This document shows, piece by piece, positions 15,998 to 23,531 of a DNA stretch of 64,000 nucleotides (position 1 is its first letter; each line of letters begins with the position of its first letter). The DNA comes from a virus. Made by a program: the position numbers and the translations under genes. The stretch spans positions 64,001 through 128,000 of IMG/VR virus record IMGVR_UViG_3300029922_000015, one strand, 5' to 3'. Below the pieces are notes generated by a model that worked only from the letters and a program-made list of their open reading frames with translations, had not been told where the DNA came from and ran no database searches.

Positions 15998-16075
15998 TGG
16001 TCGGGCTGGTGGGACTCAAACCCACGGTAATACTTGATCCCAAATCAAGCGCCATCGTCACTAGGCGACAGCCCG
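15998..16075 (-). tRNA. tRNA-Pro(TGG)
   Basis: C1-G72, CTTGA-tt-TGG-ga-TCAAG arm, CCA. Confidence 0.92.
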
Positions 16076-16085
16076 ATAAAATTAA

Positions 16086-16148
16086 TCCCGGTAAGACTGG
16101 AACTTACATATTTGGCTTTGTGGGCTTGCCTCTAATTGGGCTACGGGA
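16086..16148 (-). pseudogene. degenerate tRNA-like element
   Basis: 5-bp TCCCG/CGGGA acceptor, GCC/GGC D-arm, GTAAG-TTCCAGT-CTTAC T-arm, collapsed anticodon arm. Confidence 0.5.
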
Positions 16149-16151
16149 AAA

Positions 16152-16277
16152 TTACTTATAAAACAAACTAATCGCAATGTAAATTGCGACGAAATATTCG
16201 AAATTGGTATGACAGGATAACACTATCAAAAACCACAGTCCAATCTTGAACCAATGTAAAAATTTATTTTTGTCCAT
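16152..16277 (-). CDS. 41 aa membrane peptide (below the ORF-track cutoff)
   Basis: MDKNKFLHWFKIGLWFLIVL...; TTGACT-N17-TATAAT-N6-ATG. Confidence 0.65.
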   Translation of the reverse strand: MDKNKFLHWFKIGLWFLIVLSCHTNFEYFVAIYIAISLFYK

Positions 16278-16332
16278 TCTCTAATTATACGGTTTCCCCG
16301 ATAAAAAGTCAACTCGAAGTGTAATAAGAGTT

Positions 16333-16467
16333 ATGAACTCATTCGAACGTTGTGTTATCTATATCTGCTTGACTGTCTTGATGTTATCTATCCTACATAT
16401 CGCCGCCAGCGTTGGGCTTATGTATTTTCTAGCGTCTAATCAAATTCCGATTCCTACCGGACAATAA
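16333..16467 (+). CDS. 44 aa membrane peptide antisense to the tRNA array
   Basis: MNSFERCVIYICLTVLMLSILHIAASVGLMYFLASNQIPIPTGQ; GTGTAA-N8-ATG start. Confidence 0.6.
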   Translation: MNSFERCVIYICLTVLMLSILHIAASVGLMYFLASNQIPIPTGQ

Positions 16468-16469
16468 AT

Positions 16470-16544
16470 TGGTGGGCCATGACAATTACGATATGTCAAC
16501 TTACGGGTTAAGAATCCGTTACTCTTCCTTTGAGTTAATGGCCC
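16470..16544 (-). tRNA. tRNA-Lys(CTT)
   Basis: tt-CTT-aa loop, CCA. Confidence 0.88.
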
Positions 16545-16548
16545 AAAA

Positions 16549-16636
16549 TGGAGGACGCGACAGGATTCGAACCTGTGATGGCATTTACGCACGAGGTTAA
16601 AAGTCTCGTCTATTCGACCGCTATAGTAACGCATCC
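16549..16636 (-). tRNA. tRNA-Lys(TTT) with long variable arm
   Basis: ct-TTT-aa loop, 15-nt variable region, U73, CCA. Confidence 0.82.
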
Positions 16637-16641
16637 AAAAA

Positions 16642-16718
16642 TGGTAGCCGAAAAGGGAGTCGAACCCTTAAAATCGAAGATTTGAATTTCGCACGTATGC
16701 CAATTCCGTCATTCGGCC
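16642..16718 (-). tRNA. tRNA-Leu(CAA), short variable loop
   Basis: Leu-type D-arm, tt-CAA-at loop, 4-nt variable loop, CCA. Confidence 0.85.
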
Positions 16719-16724
16719 AATAAA

Positions 16725-16811
16725 TCGGAGCAAGTGTTTTGTTATTAAACTACCTCGGTTCACCATTTAAGGCGCAGGGGTGAGGAATAGATTCGGACTA
16801 TTATTTCTTGC
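16725..16811 (-). ncRNA. circularly permuted, anticodon-less tRNA-like RNA
   Basis: GCAAG-aaat-AATAG-TCCGAAT-CTATT-CCTC..GAGG-TA-GTTT/AAAC-a-CTTGC. Confidence 0.75.
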
Positions 16812-16815
16812 AAAA

Positions 16816-16886
16816 TCATCGTCAAGCATTTTACTATTAAACTATGGCATATAGCCACTAAGGATTTGCACCTAGAACTCCTGACT
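16816..16886 (-). ncRNA. circularly permuted tRNA-like RNA (paralog of 15389-15457)
   Basis: near-identical copy with TGGC/GCCA closed acceptor; overlaps the end of an HNH gene. Confidence 0.75.
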
Positions 16887-17424
16887 GAAAATTATTCGCT
16901 ACTAATATACAGAATCTAACAAATTCCTCTTGAGATTGAGCCATCTTCATTTCATTAATCTGTTTATGTACCCACTGGACATTATCTAATGTGTAGCCTT
17001 TGGAAGAATCCTTTCTATCTAAAGAGGCCGTTCTATCAAAAGCGGTACGCTTGGTTCCAAAAATCAAAGGCAATCCTGTTAAAGCACATTTTCCATCTTG
17101 TTTTAAAAATAAATTCCAAACTTGTTCTATAGAAATATCTAATTCTAAATTTCTAGATACTGCACCTCGTTTTAATACTGTCCAAAATGATTGGGATATT
17201 TCTTCGTATCCTTTCCAATCTTTGTGATTCTTACCTGTACGCTTAACTATACATCCACAACTTTTGGTTCTACATAACGAATCACTTCTAATATTTTTTT
17301 CAGACTTGCAAAAATTACATTTGCAGTTCCAAATCAAATGGCCTCTTGGACTTTTTCCGACGCACTCTAAAACAGTAATCGATCCGTACTGTTTACCTAT
17401 CAAATGAGTTTTATAATCTATCAT
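16858..17424 (-). CDS. HNH-type homing endonuclease
   Basis: QDGKCALTG..TASLDRKDSSKGYTLDNVQWVHKQINEMK. Confidence 0.88.
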   Translation of the reverse strand: MIDYKTHLIGKQYGSITVLECVGKSPRGHLIWNCKCNFCKSEKNIRSDSLCRTKSCGCIVKRTGKNHKDWKGYEEISQSFWTVLKRGAVSRNLELDISIEQVWNLFLKQDGKCALTGLPLIFGTKRTAFDRTASLDRKDSSKGYTLDNVQWVHKQINEMKMAQSQEEFVRFCILVANNFQSGVLGANP

Positions 17425-17467
17425 AAAAAGGATTACACCTTATTGCCGACTTAGAGAGTTTTAAAAG

Positions 17468-17542
17468 TGGTGCAAGTAGGCAGAAGTCGAACTGCCGATT
17501 CAGCTTTGGCAAAGCCGTAGGATACCATTTCCTCATACTTGC
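17468..17542 (-). tRNA. tRNA-Gly(GCC)
   Basis: CGGCT-tt-GCC-aa-AGCTG arm, CCA. Confidence 0.92.
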
Positions 17543-17545
17543 GAA

Positions 17546-17900
17546 ATCATAAGGCTGCTAATCCAATTACGGACGCTTTACTTAGCTTCTCCATAGAAGC
17601 ACCTATAAATTGTGGGAAGCTGCTATAAGTAAACTTCTCTCGAAGTTCGCTGTTGTAACAGCCTCCCTAACTAACATAGGACTATCAGCGTCTCACGATT
17701 TCATTCGATTTTGACACTTTCCTATATAAAAGAACAAATTCTCATGGGGTAAGCCAAAATTTGTTACACTTTCTAGCGAGACTCGCTCGCCTTAACCCAA
17801 GTCCGCCTTACCGCGCTCGGATAGTGCTTTCTCGTTGCATCCCACTCTTTCGAAGTAGTCCGCGTGCGCCATTAAGCCGGGGCACGGAGGCAAATCTGTA
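17546..17900 (-). ncRNA. unidentified multi-domain structured RNA(s) at the head of the array
   Basis: ORF-free; stems GGGAGGCTGTTA/TAGCAGCTTCCC, TTTGCCT/AGGCGGA, CCGTGC/GCGCGG, ATAGGA/TCCTAT. Confidence 0.5.
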
Positions 17901-17905
17901 AAACT

Positions 17906-17938
17906 AAAAAACCCTTAAAAGCTTTTGCTTCTAAGGGT
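17906..17938 (-). terminator. intrinsic terminator of a putative attenuator
   Basis: ACCCTTAGAAGC-AAAA-GCTTTTAAGGGT followed by a T run. Confidence 0.85.
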
Positions 17939-17972
17939 GTAAATCACTAACTCTAAACACTTTACACCCTTA
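17932..17972 (-). promoter_or_regulatory. antiterminator hairpin, mutually exclusive with the terminator
   Basis: perfect 12-bp inverted repeat TAAGGGTGTAAA/TTTACACCCTTA sharing ACCCTTA with the terminator stem. Confidence 0.75.
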
Positions 17973-18092
17973 TAGTCTATCTCCGGTATTAAAGGCCCAT
18001 TGATAACTTGGGCGCAATGAGAAGGAGACAGAGGATTCCGTAATCGGGCAACCCTTTTTCGCTTCTGCTTTAATATTTTTCAGTGTCTTCAT
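17970..18092 (-). CDS. putative attenuator leader peptide (40 aa)
   Basis: MKTLKNIKAEAKKGCPITESSVSFSLRPSYQWAFNTGDRL*; stop codon is the first 3 nt of the antiterminator. Confidence 0.7.
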   Translation of the reverse strand: MKTLKNIKAEAKKGCPITESSVSFSLRPSYQWAFNTGDRL

Positions 18093-18123
18093 CTAAAATC
18101 TTTTCTCTTCTTACTATTCCACC

Positions 18124-18151
18124 ATTATTCACACTTTGGGAAATTTGTCAA
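18124..18151 (-). promoter_or_regulatory. sigma70-type promoter of the leader/tRNA operon
   Basis: TTGACA-N16-AATAAT with TG extension. Confidence 0.65.
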
Positions 18152-18237
18152 CTACTTTTTTCAACTTTCTTTTTCGTGAGCGGCGGAACGTCTGCTTAAA
18201 CCATCTACTATCATCTTATGCTTTTTTGATCGGTTTG

Positions 18238-18459
18238 TCAATTCTTTTTTCGATTTTCTTCAAGACGCTCGAAGGGAACGTTCTCTTCCAGAGCTATTCC
18301 ATCGCGTCCGACTCTCATAATATGACAACGCGGGCGAGAAACCTCTAAGTCAATTTCCAATGGCTTAATTTGTTTAATTAACGTTTTCTCAAAATATTCG
18401 AGTAAACGTTCCGTAATCCTAACTAATTGGATGAGTACAGCAATTTTTAATCGTCTCAT
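18238..18459 (-). CDS. hypothetical protein
   Basis: 73 aa ORF. Confidence 0.55.
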   Translation of the reverse strand: MRRLKIAVLIQLVRITERLLEYFEKTLIKQIKPLEIDLEVSRPRCHIMRVGRDGIALEENVPFERLEENRKKN

Positions 18460-18461
18460 GG

Positions 18462-18881
18462 TTATCCGTGGAATGCGTTGAATGTTGTATTGTAACTATC
18501 AAATAAATTCTTGATCTTCTCTGAACCGACAGGATTCATCGAGTGAACGTGAATCTCTGGAAGCTTCAAGCGATGGTGAAGACAATACTCGAAAAGGAAT
18601 TGGGCGCAGTGATAGCCAGTCTTTTCTTTGACCGAATCGTAAAACTTGTCTTCTCCTGTATAAAGAACGCGCCCACTAACATAAGCTTGATAATGCTCGT
18701 CGGCCAAATCGTGATCGAAGGAAACCTTTTCAGGAACTCCCTTATCCATGATCGTTTTACAAAAATCGTGGTAGTTCCGAACCACAAGAATATTCGTAAG
18801 GGGGAAGAACTTGTCTTCAAAGTCTCCCCACTTTACGTTCTTAGGTTCTCTAACGTCGTCAAGAAATAACTTATAAGACAT
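18462..18881 (-). CDS. cyclic-phosphate-processing receiver-like domain protein
   Basis: LFLDDVREP, SFDHDLAD, TGYHCA, HSMNPVG motifs. Confidence 0.8.
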   Translation of the reverse strand: MSYKLFLDDVREPKNVKWGDFEDKFFPLTNILVVRNYHDFCKTIMDKGVPEKVSFDHDLADEHYQAYVSGRVLYTGEDKFYDSVKEKTGYHCAQFLFEYCLHHRLKLPEIHVHSMNPVGSEKIKNLFDSYNTTFNAFHG

Positions 18882-19036
18882 CGGGTTTTTTTAATCCCTT
18901 TAAATAACTAATTAAACATTCGGCTTGCTCTTGAGATTGTTTATCTAAGTCTTCTTCAAGCATCTTATTAGGAAGCACGCTGTCAATATTCCATTGACGA
19001 TAAGCCTGAATCAGGTCTTTCTTTTTAATTTTCACG

Positions 19037-19348
19037 TTAAGCCTTTGGATTTCGTTTACGTTTCTTAGGAGCTTCTAATAGAGTTTTCTCGTATTGTACT
19101 TTGATATCGGTAAGCGCCGCCACTTGATCTTGAAGTTCTTTATTTTTGACAACTAGAATATCAGCCTCTCTAGATTTAGCGGCCCATTGCGCCTCTTGCC
19201 CTTTAATCCACTCGGAGGTTTTCTTATCGTCTTGAACGTAAGTTTCTATACTAGCTTTTAAATAGTTAGTGTTGCTTTCATAAACCCTACTACTTCTTAA
19301 AATAACAAATAACAAAATACCAATAATAACTAATAATACTATAATCAT
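19037..19348 (-). CDS. N-terminally anchored coiled-coil membrane protein
   Basis: hydrophobic N-terminus followed by a coiled coil. Confidence 0.65.
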   Translation of the reverse strand: MIIVLLVIIGILLFVILRSSRVYESNTNYLKASIETYVQDDKKTSEWIKGQEAQWAAKSREADILVVKNKELQDQVAALTDIKVQYEKTLLEAPKKRKRNPKA

Positions 19349-19351
19349 AAT

Positions 19352-19555
19352 TTAAAATCCCTCAAATTCCGGTAGAGCTTCAAGCTCTTCCTCTGTCATT
19401 TCTACAACTTCCATGTTTATTTTAACTTCTCCCTCAACATCAGACAAGAAATCGTCTCGCCCAAGCCCGTCTTGGATAATATCCAACATTTCCTCGTAGC
19501 TAGTTGCTACAACGAATCCCGAACTTTCATCCAAACTAATTTTTAAAACTTTCAT
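19352..19555 (-). CDS. small acidic hypothetical protein
   Basis: C-terminal EMTEEELEALPEFEGF. Confidence 0.65.
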   Translation of the reverse strand: MKVLKISLDESSGFVVATSYEEMLDIIQDGLGRDDFLSDVEGEVKINMEVVEMTEEELEALPEFEGF

Positions 19556-19718
19556 ATCTTCTTTCTTTTTACTAGCTCCATGTATGCCATAAACGCCTCC
19601 GTACAGTTATCGGCATATTCTTTAATTTCTTCTTCAGAACTTTCTTTATTTAACCAATGAATATCATAATCCATAAACCAATTACGATATACTTTTCGCA
19701 CTTCTCTTTTGGTTATAT

Positions 19719-20795
19719 TCATAGCTTTGCCAAAATTTGATCTGTAGTTTTCTCCCAAGTAAATTCAGTTTGAAGATTAAGGCCCGCTTCGTTGATCGGA
19801 TTCTTTTTAAATTTTTCTTCCGCTATTTCACAGGCGGTTAGAAAATCATTTTCATTCCAAGTAAAATAAGAGCCTTGATTGAAGGGTTGATTGGGATGAA
19901 AGAACACTCCATCATAAACATTGTCTTTGCCCGTAGGATCGACCAAGACAGCGTTACTTTCGTCGGCCCAAGCCTTATACCCGCTTACATTATGAATGAC
20001 AGCGTGCTTTCCTAAAGCCACGCATTGAAATTCGGGCAAACCGAACCCTTCACTTTTGGACATCCCCAAAATAATATCAATCGCATTCAGAACTTGATTG
20101 TATTCCGAGTTTGTCTTAACGAAAGGTAGGAAATTGATATTATTATAAACCTTGCCTTCTAATGCTTGAGCGATCAGCGCCTTATTTTGTTCTGGATTGA
20201 AGAAGGGGTTATAGACCGCTGCCTGAAGCATGTAATTTGGGTTGTTACCATATTTCTTAGCCCAAAGTTTCAAAACCTCAGTAGTCGATTTGCGCTTCTC
20301 CCACTTGCCAAGTAATCCAAAGGAAATAATGTTTTCAGGTACGAGTCGCTTGTTTAAGCGATGAAAATGCAGGCTATCGAATCCGAGTGGGACGTAAGTA
20401 ACGTTTTTAACACCGCTCGTTTCAAAAACTTCCTTGGCGTATGGACTGGAAACGAAAACGTTCTTTTGATTATTAAGAATGTTTACTTCGGTTTCAGTTA
20501 GGCCATCGCATTCATTGAAGGTAAATAAACTTTGCTCGTCGCTTACCTTATCTTGAGATTGACCAATATGCCAAATGCGAAAACCCTTATCTTTGGAGGA
20601 GTATCGGGCTAACGCGCGGCCAGAATTTTCCTGTAACCAAGTTGCGAATTCGGGCGATACTTTATCAAAAGCGGACAAATCGAATTGGGTGGGAAATAGA
20701 TTTACTTGGACGCCTTTATTAAAAAGGTCAAGCAAAATATTTACGGAAACATTTCCGAATGAAAGCTGATTGATTGGTGCTGAAAAATTAATCAT
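19719..20795 (-). CDS. GT4-like glycosyltransferase
   Basis: GKWEKRK and SKSEGFGLPEFQCVALGK motifs. Confidence 0.85.
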   Translation of the reverse strand: MINFSAPINQLSFGNVSVNILLDLFNKGVQVNLFPTQFDLSAFDKVSPEFATWLQENSGRALARYSSKDKGFRIWHIGQSQDKVSDEQSLFTFNECDGLTETEVNILNNQKNVFVSSPYAKEVFETSGVKNVTYVPLGFDSLHFHRLNKRLVPENIISFGLLGKWEKRKSTTEVLKLWAKKYGNNPNYMLQAAVYNPFFNPEQNKALIAQALEGKVYNNINFLPFVKTNSEYNQVLNAIDIILGMSKSEGFGLPEFQCVALGKHAVIHNVSGYKAWADESNAVLVDPTGKDNVYDGVFFHPNQPFNQGSYFTWNENDFLTACEIAEEKFKKNPINEAGLNLQTEFTWEKTTDQILAKL

Positions 20796-21045
20796 TCGAT
20801 TTATAAATAAAAATTACTCTTTGAATATCTGCGGTTTTAGCGTCTCTAATTAGAACTTCAATCGCCTTGGTAAGAACGTCTAATCGATTATCGGTATAAT
20901 ATTTGGTAAGATAAGTAACACTACTAACCACATTTCCTTCTAAATCAATTCCAGCAAATCCGATTCTTTCCATTTCAGAAAGTTTTGGCCAAATAAGAGG
21001 GGGTCTTTTAAATTTATTTTCGTTTAAAAATTGAGAGATGAGCAT
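20788..21045 (-). CDS. hypothetical protein
   Basis: 85 aa ORF. Confidence 0.55.
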   Translation of the reverse strand: MLISQFLNENKFKRPPLIWPKLSEMERIGFAGIDLEGNVVSSVTYLTKYYTDNRLDVLTKAIEVLIRDAKTADIQRVIFIYKSND

Positions 21046-21064
21046 ATTCTATTATAGCAAAAAG

Positions 21065-21667
21065 TTACTCTTTTATCCACTGATTAAGAGTGTGATGTTT
21101 TTGTAAATAACGTTTTCCCTTGTTATACAAATTAATACATCCTTGAACCGACAAACCTAAACTCTTTGCAATATTATTAAAGGAATTCTGTGGTTTCGGC
21201 AAAAAGAATTTCATGTAAAAAATCTTAGCTAATCTTTTATCGGAATGCTTATTAAGAACGTCAAACACCAAATTAATTTCTTCGGTATAAGAAGGGTCGG
21301 GCTCGTAATAAACAACCGTGTCTAAAAAAGACTCCAAAGATTCCGACTTCATTGGCTCGAACTTTCTTAGTTTATTCGTGATGTTGAGAACGTTCTTGCA
21401 ATAAAAATCTACCTTATTCCCAAACCAAGTATTGAATTGGGATTTTTCTTTATCGTAATCCAGCACGGCTTGATACAAAAGATCGGACTTTCGCTCCATC
21501 ACGTCTTGAAAACACACGCCCGAAACCTGCAAAAGATTAGGCGCGTATTTCTTTACTATCGTGGCAAATAATCCGTTGTGTCTATTTTCCAATTCCATAA
21601 AAGCATCGGAATCGCAATCCTTTCGGATTTTTTCTATTAGGATTTCGTCGGTAAGTTCTTGAGCCAT
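21065..21667 (-). CDS. ECF-like sigma-70 family RNA polymerase sigma factor
   Basis: TDEILIEKI..DAFMEL..., YDKEKSQFNTWF (region 2), SFNNIAKSLGLS (region 4 HTH). Confidence 0.75.
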   Translation of the reverse strand: MAQELTDEILIEKIRKDCDSDAFMELENRHNGLFATIVKKYAPNLLQVSGVCFQDVMERKSDLLYQAVLDYDKEKSQFNTWFGNKVDFYCKNVLNITNKLRKFEPMKSESLESFLDTVVYYEPDPSYTEEINLVFDVLNKHSDKRLAKIFYMKFFLPKPQNSFNNIAKSLGLSVQGCINLYNKGKRYLQKHHTLNQWIKE

Positions 21668-21673
21668 ACAATT

Positions 21674-22384
21674 TTAATGTTCTTCGTATTCTATTATTTT
21701 ATCTCTAAACTTTATTAAAGTCTTTTCTTTCGGTTTAACAGTTCTAATTCTATATTTTGCAACACTTTCAACATAAGCAGGTGTTAAATTATAAAATATA
21801 GCGATATCTACTATTCTCTTTTTTTTCTGTTCATATAAAACTCTAATTTCGTCTATAGTTTTCCAAGAAACGGTGTTTTTTTTATTTGAAGGAATTTCTT
21901 TTTCACATTCCTTTAAATGTTTTTTATAATTTTTGACATGTTCTTCTGAATGGCAATTTCTACACAATAAAATACATTTTTCCGCTTCTTCGATAACTTC
22001 TTCCCAAGGGGTATATAAATTACTCATCAATTGACTAATATTTTTATATTTATTATCTGGATTAACGTGATGAAAATCTAAAGCTTGAACGCATTTATTA
22101 TATCCACATTTACAACATTTATCTCCAAATAACTTAATTAAAAAACTTTTCCTTCTTTCTCTTTCTAGATGCGTTTTAATTTTAGTTTTGGGCGCTTTAC
22201 TTCTTTGATACTCTTGTCGTTTTTTTCTATCGCTAAAATTTTTGTCTAAATGATAAGCTACAAAATAACGAGGAAAATTTAATTCTTCGGATATTTCATT
22301 TATGGATTGATTAGGATGTTTTTTAACATAATTATCTATTATATCTTTTCTTTTATTAGCTTCTTCTATTGAAATTCTTTTCAT
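21674..22384 (-). CDS. HNH endonuclease
   Basis: CCKCGY..ALDFHHVNP..KCILLCRNCHSEEH. Confidence 0.9.
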   Translation of the reverse strand: MKRISIEEANKRKDIIDNYVKKHPNQSINEISEELNFPRYFVAYHLDKNFSDRKKRQEYQRSKAPKTKIKTHLERERRKSFLIKLFGDKCCKCGYNKCVQALDFHHVNPDNKYKNISQLMSNLYTPWEEVIEEAEKCILLCRNCHSEEHVKNYKKHLKECEKEIPSNKKNTVSWKTIDEIRVLYEQKKKRIVDIAIFYNLTPAYVESVAKYRIRTVKPKEKTLIKFRDKIIEYEEH

Positions 22385-22434
22385 AAATACTATTACACCA
22401 TAATTTTAAAAAAATATGGAAATTGTTATGGTAT

Positions 22435-22809
22435 TTATTGTATTTTATCAAGGTTCTTTAGCCAAAGGCTCCTTAATTCTAAAAATTGTGTGTGTTCCAT
22501 GATATCTCCGTCCGAAAACCAGAGGAAATACCAATCTTTATCCGCAAATAAACCAATCGTTCTGTTTATAAATCCAATCATCTCTCTTTTATCTTCCAAC
22601 ATAAAAGGCTCGGTTTTAATTACCGGCTGAAACTTCGGTCTTTGTGTTAAAACCGTTGTCCAATAAATGTTATGATGAAAAATCGCGCTGATATGAATAA
22701 AATACTTTGTGTCCTCTACTGTCATTCCTTTATTTTCATATACCTCCGGCTTAAACTTAGATGCTAAATTTACAGCTTCAAATAAGGGAATAACTTGGTC
22801 ATCGGTCAT
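22435..22809 (-). CDS. hypothetical protein
   Basis: 124 aa ORF. Confidence 0.65.
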   Translation of the reverse strand: MTDDQVIPLFEAVNLASKFKPEVYENKGMTVEDTKYFIHISAIFHHNIYWTTVLTQRPKFQPVIKTEPFMLEDKREMIGFINRTIGLFADKDWYFLWFSDGDIMEHTQFLELRSLWLKNLDKIQ

Positions 22810-23253
22810 TTAGCCTTTAAGACGATCTTCTCTATCTTTTTTAACTTCGTCCTTTACTTTTTCGTATGGTAGTTTTTGGTCATTACTATAGCCGGTTCTA
22901 ATTTCTCTTAAATCGTCTAAAGAGGAAGGAAGTTTTCCTTCATTTATCATTTCTTGAGTTTCTAATAAACAAAGAAAATTCCAGACACAGGAAATGTCAT
23001 GCCTTTCGTCTGTATCTCCGTTCAAATGTTTAAAAGCATGTCTCAATCCCGAATCTAAATAACGAGATAGCGGAATTCCTTTACGCCAATTTGCTTTAGA
23101 ATATTTTTTGGCTCCAAGTTGGAAATGTTTCGCTACTAGAGCTAGGGCTCTAGGAGGCAATAAACTATAGTCACCTTTTTCGGTATTTACATCGCGAACG
23201 GCTCCGGTTTCGAATTTTTGACGCTCTCCGCTATCTTTAATAGAATATTCCAT
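22810..23253 (-). CDS. dATP/dGTP diphosphohydrolase-like (DUF5664) protein
   Basis: FETGAVRD..KG.YSLLP..GAKKY...NWRKGIP.SRYLDS..RH. Confidence 0.85.
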   Translation of the reverse strand: MEYSIKDSGERQKFETGAVRDVNTEKGDYSLLPPRALALVAKHFQLGAKKYSKANWRKGIPLSRYLDSGLRHAFKHLNGDTDERHDISCVWNFLCLLETQEMINEGKLPSSLDDLREIRTGYSNDQKLPYEKVKDEVKKDREDRLKG

Positions 23254-23257
23254 ATTT

Positions 23258-23503
23258 TTATTTCCCGGTCGGTCTATTATTCAATCCTTTTTCGGTAAGA
23301 ATTGCGGCTAAATCATCTACGTGTAAACAATCACATATACAGGCCGCTTGGTTCTGTGCGGGAATAGCAATTGCTCCATTACAATAATCGTTTCCCGGGA
23401 TAGCATCATGCAATACTCCAAATGAAGTAATTTTTCCGTTAGAAAAATCTAACTGTACGATCTTATCCCCATTCTTAGCTTCCCGTCCATTTCTATAATG
23501 CAT
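23258..23503 (-). CDS. small Cys-containing hypothetical protein
   Basis: 81 aa ORF MHYRNGREAKNGD. Confidence 0.7.
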   Translation of the reverse strand: MHYRNGREAKNGDKIVQLDFSNGKITSFGVLHDAIPGNDYCNGAIAIPAQNQAACICDCLHVDDLAAILTEKGLNNRPTGK

Positions 23504-23531
23504 ATTTTCCTTTGGTTTAATTATCTTTCCT

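Noticed and set aside
10482-16886. tRNA-associated HDV-like (theta) ribozymes
   Set aside because: The inter-tRNA elements do not start at the tRNA 3' end with an HDV nested pseudoknot; most fold better as permuted tRNAs.
1440-17542. Suppressor tRNAs or stop-codon reassignment
   Set aside because: No CTA, TTA or TCA anticodon was found, and long genes translate intact with the standard code.
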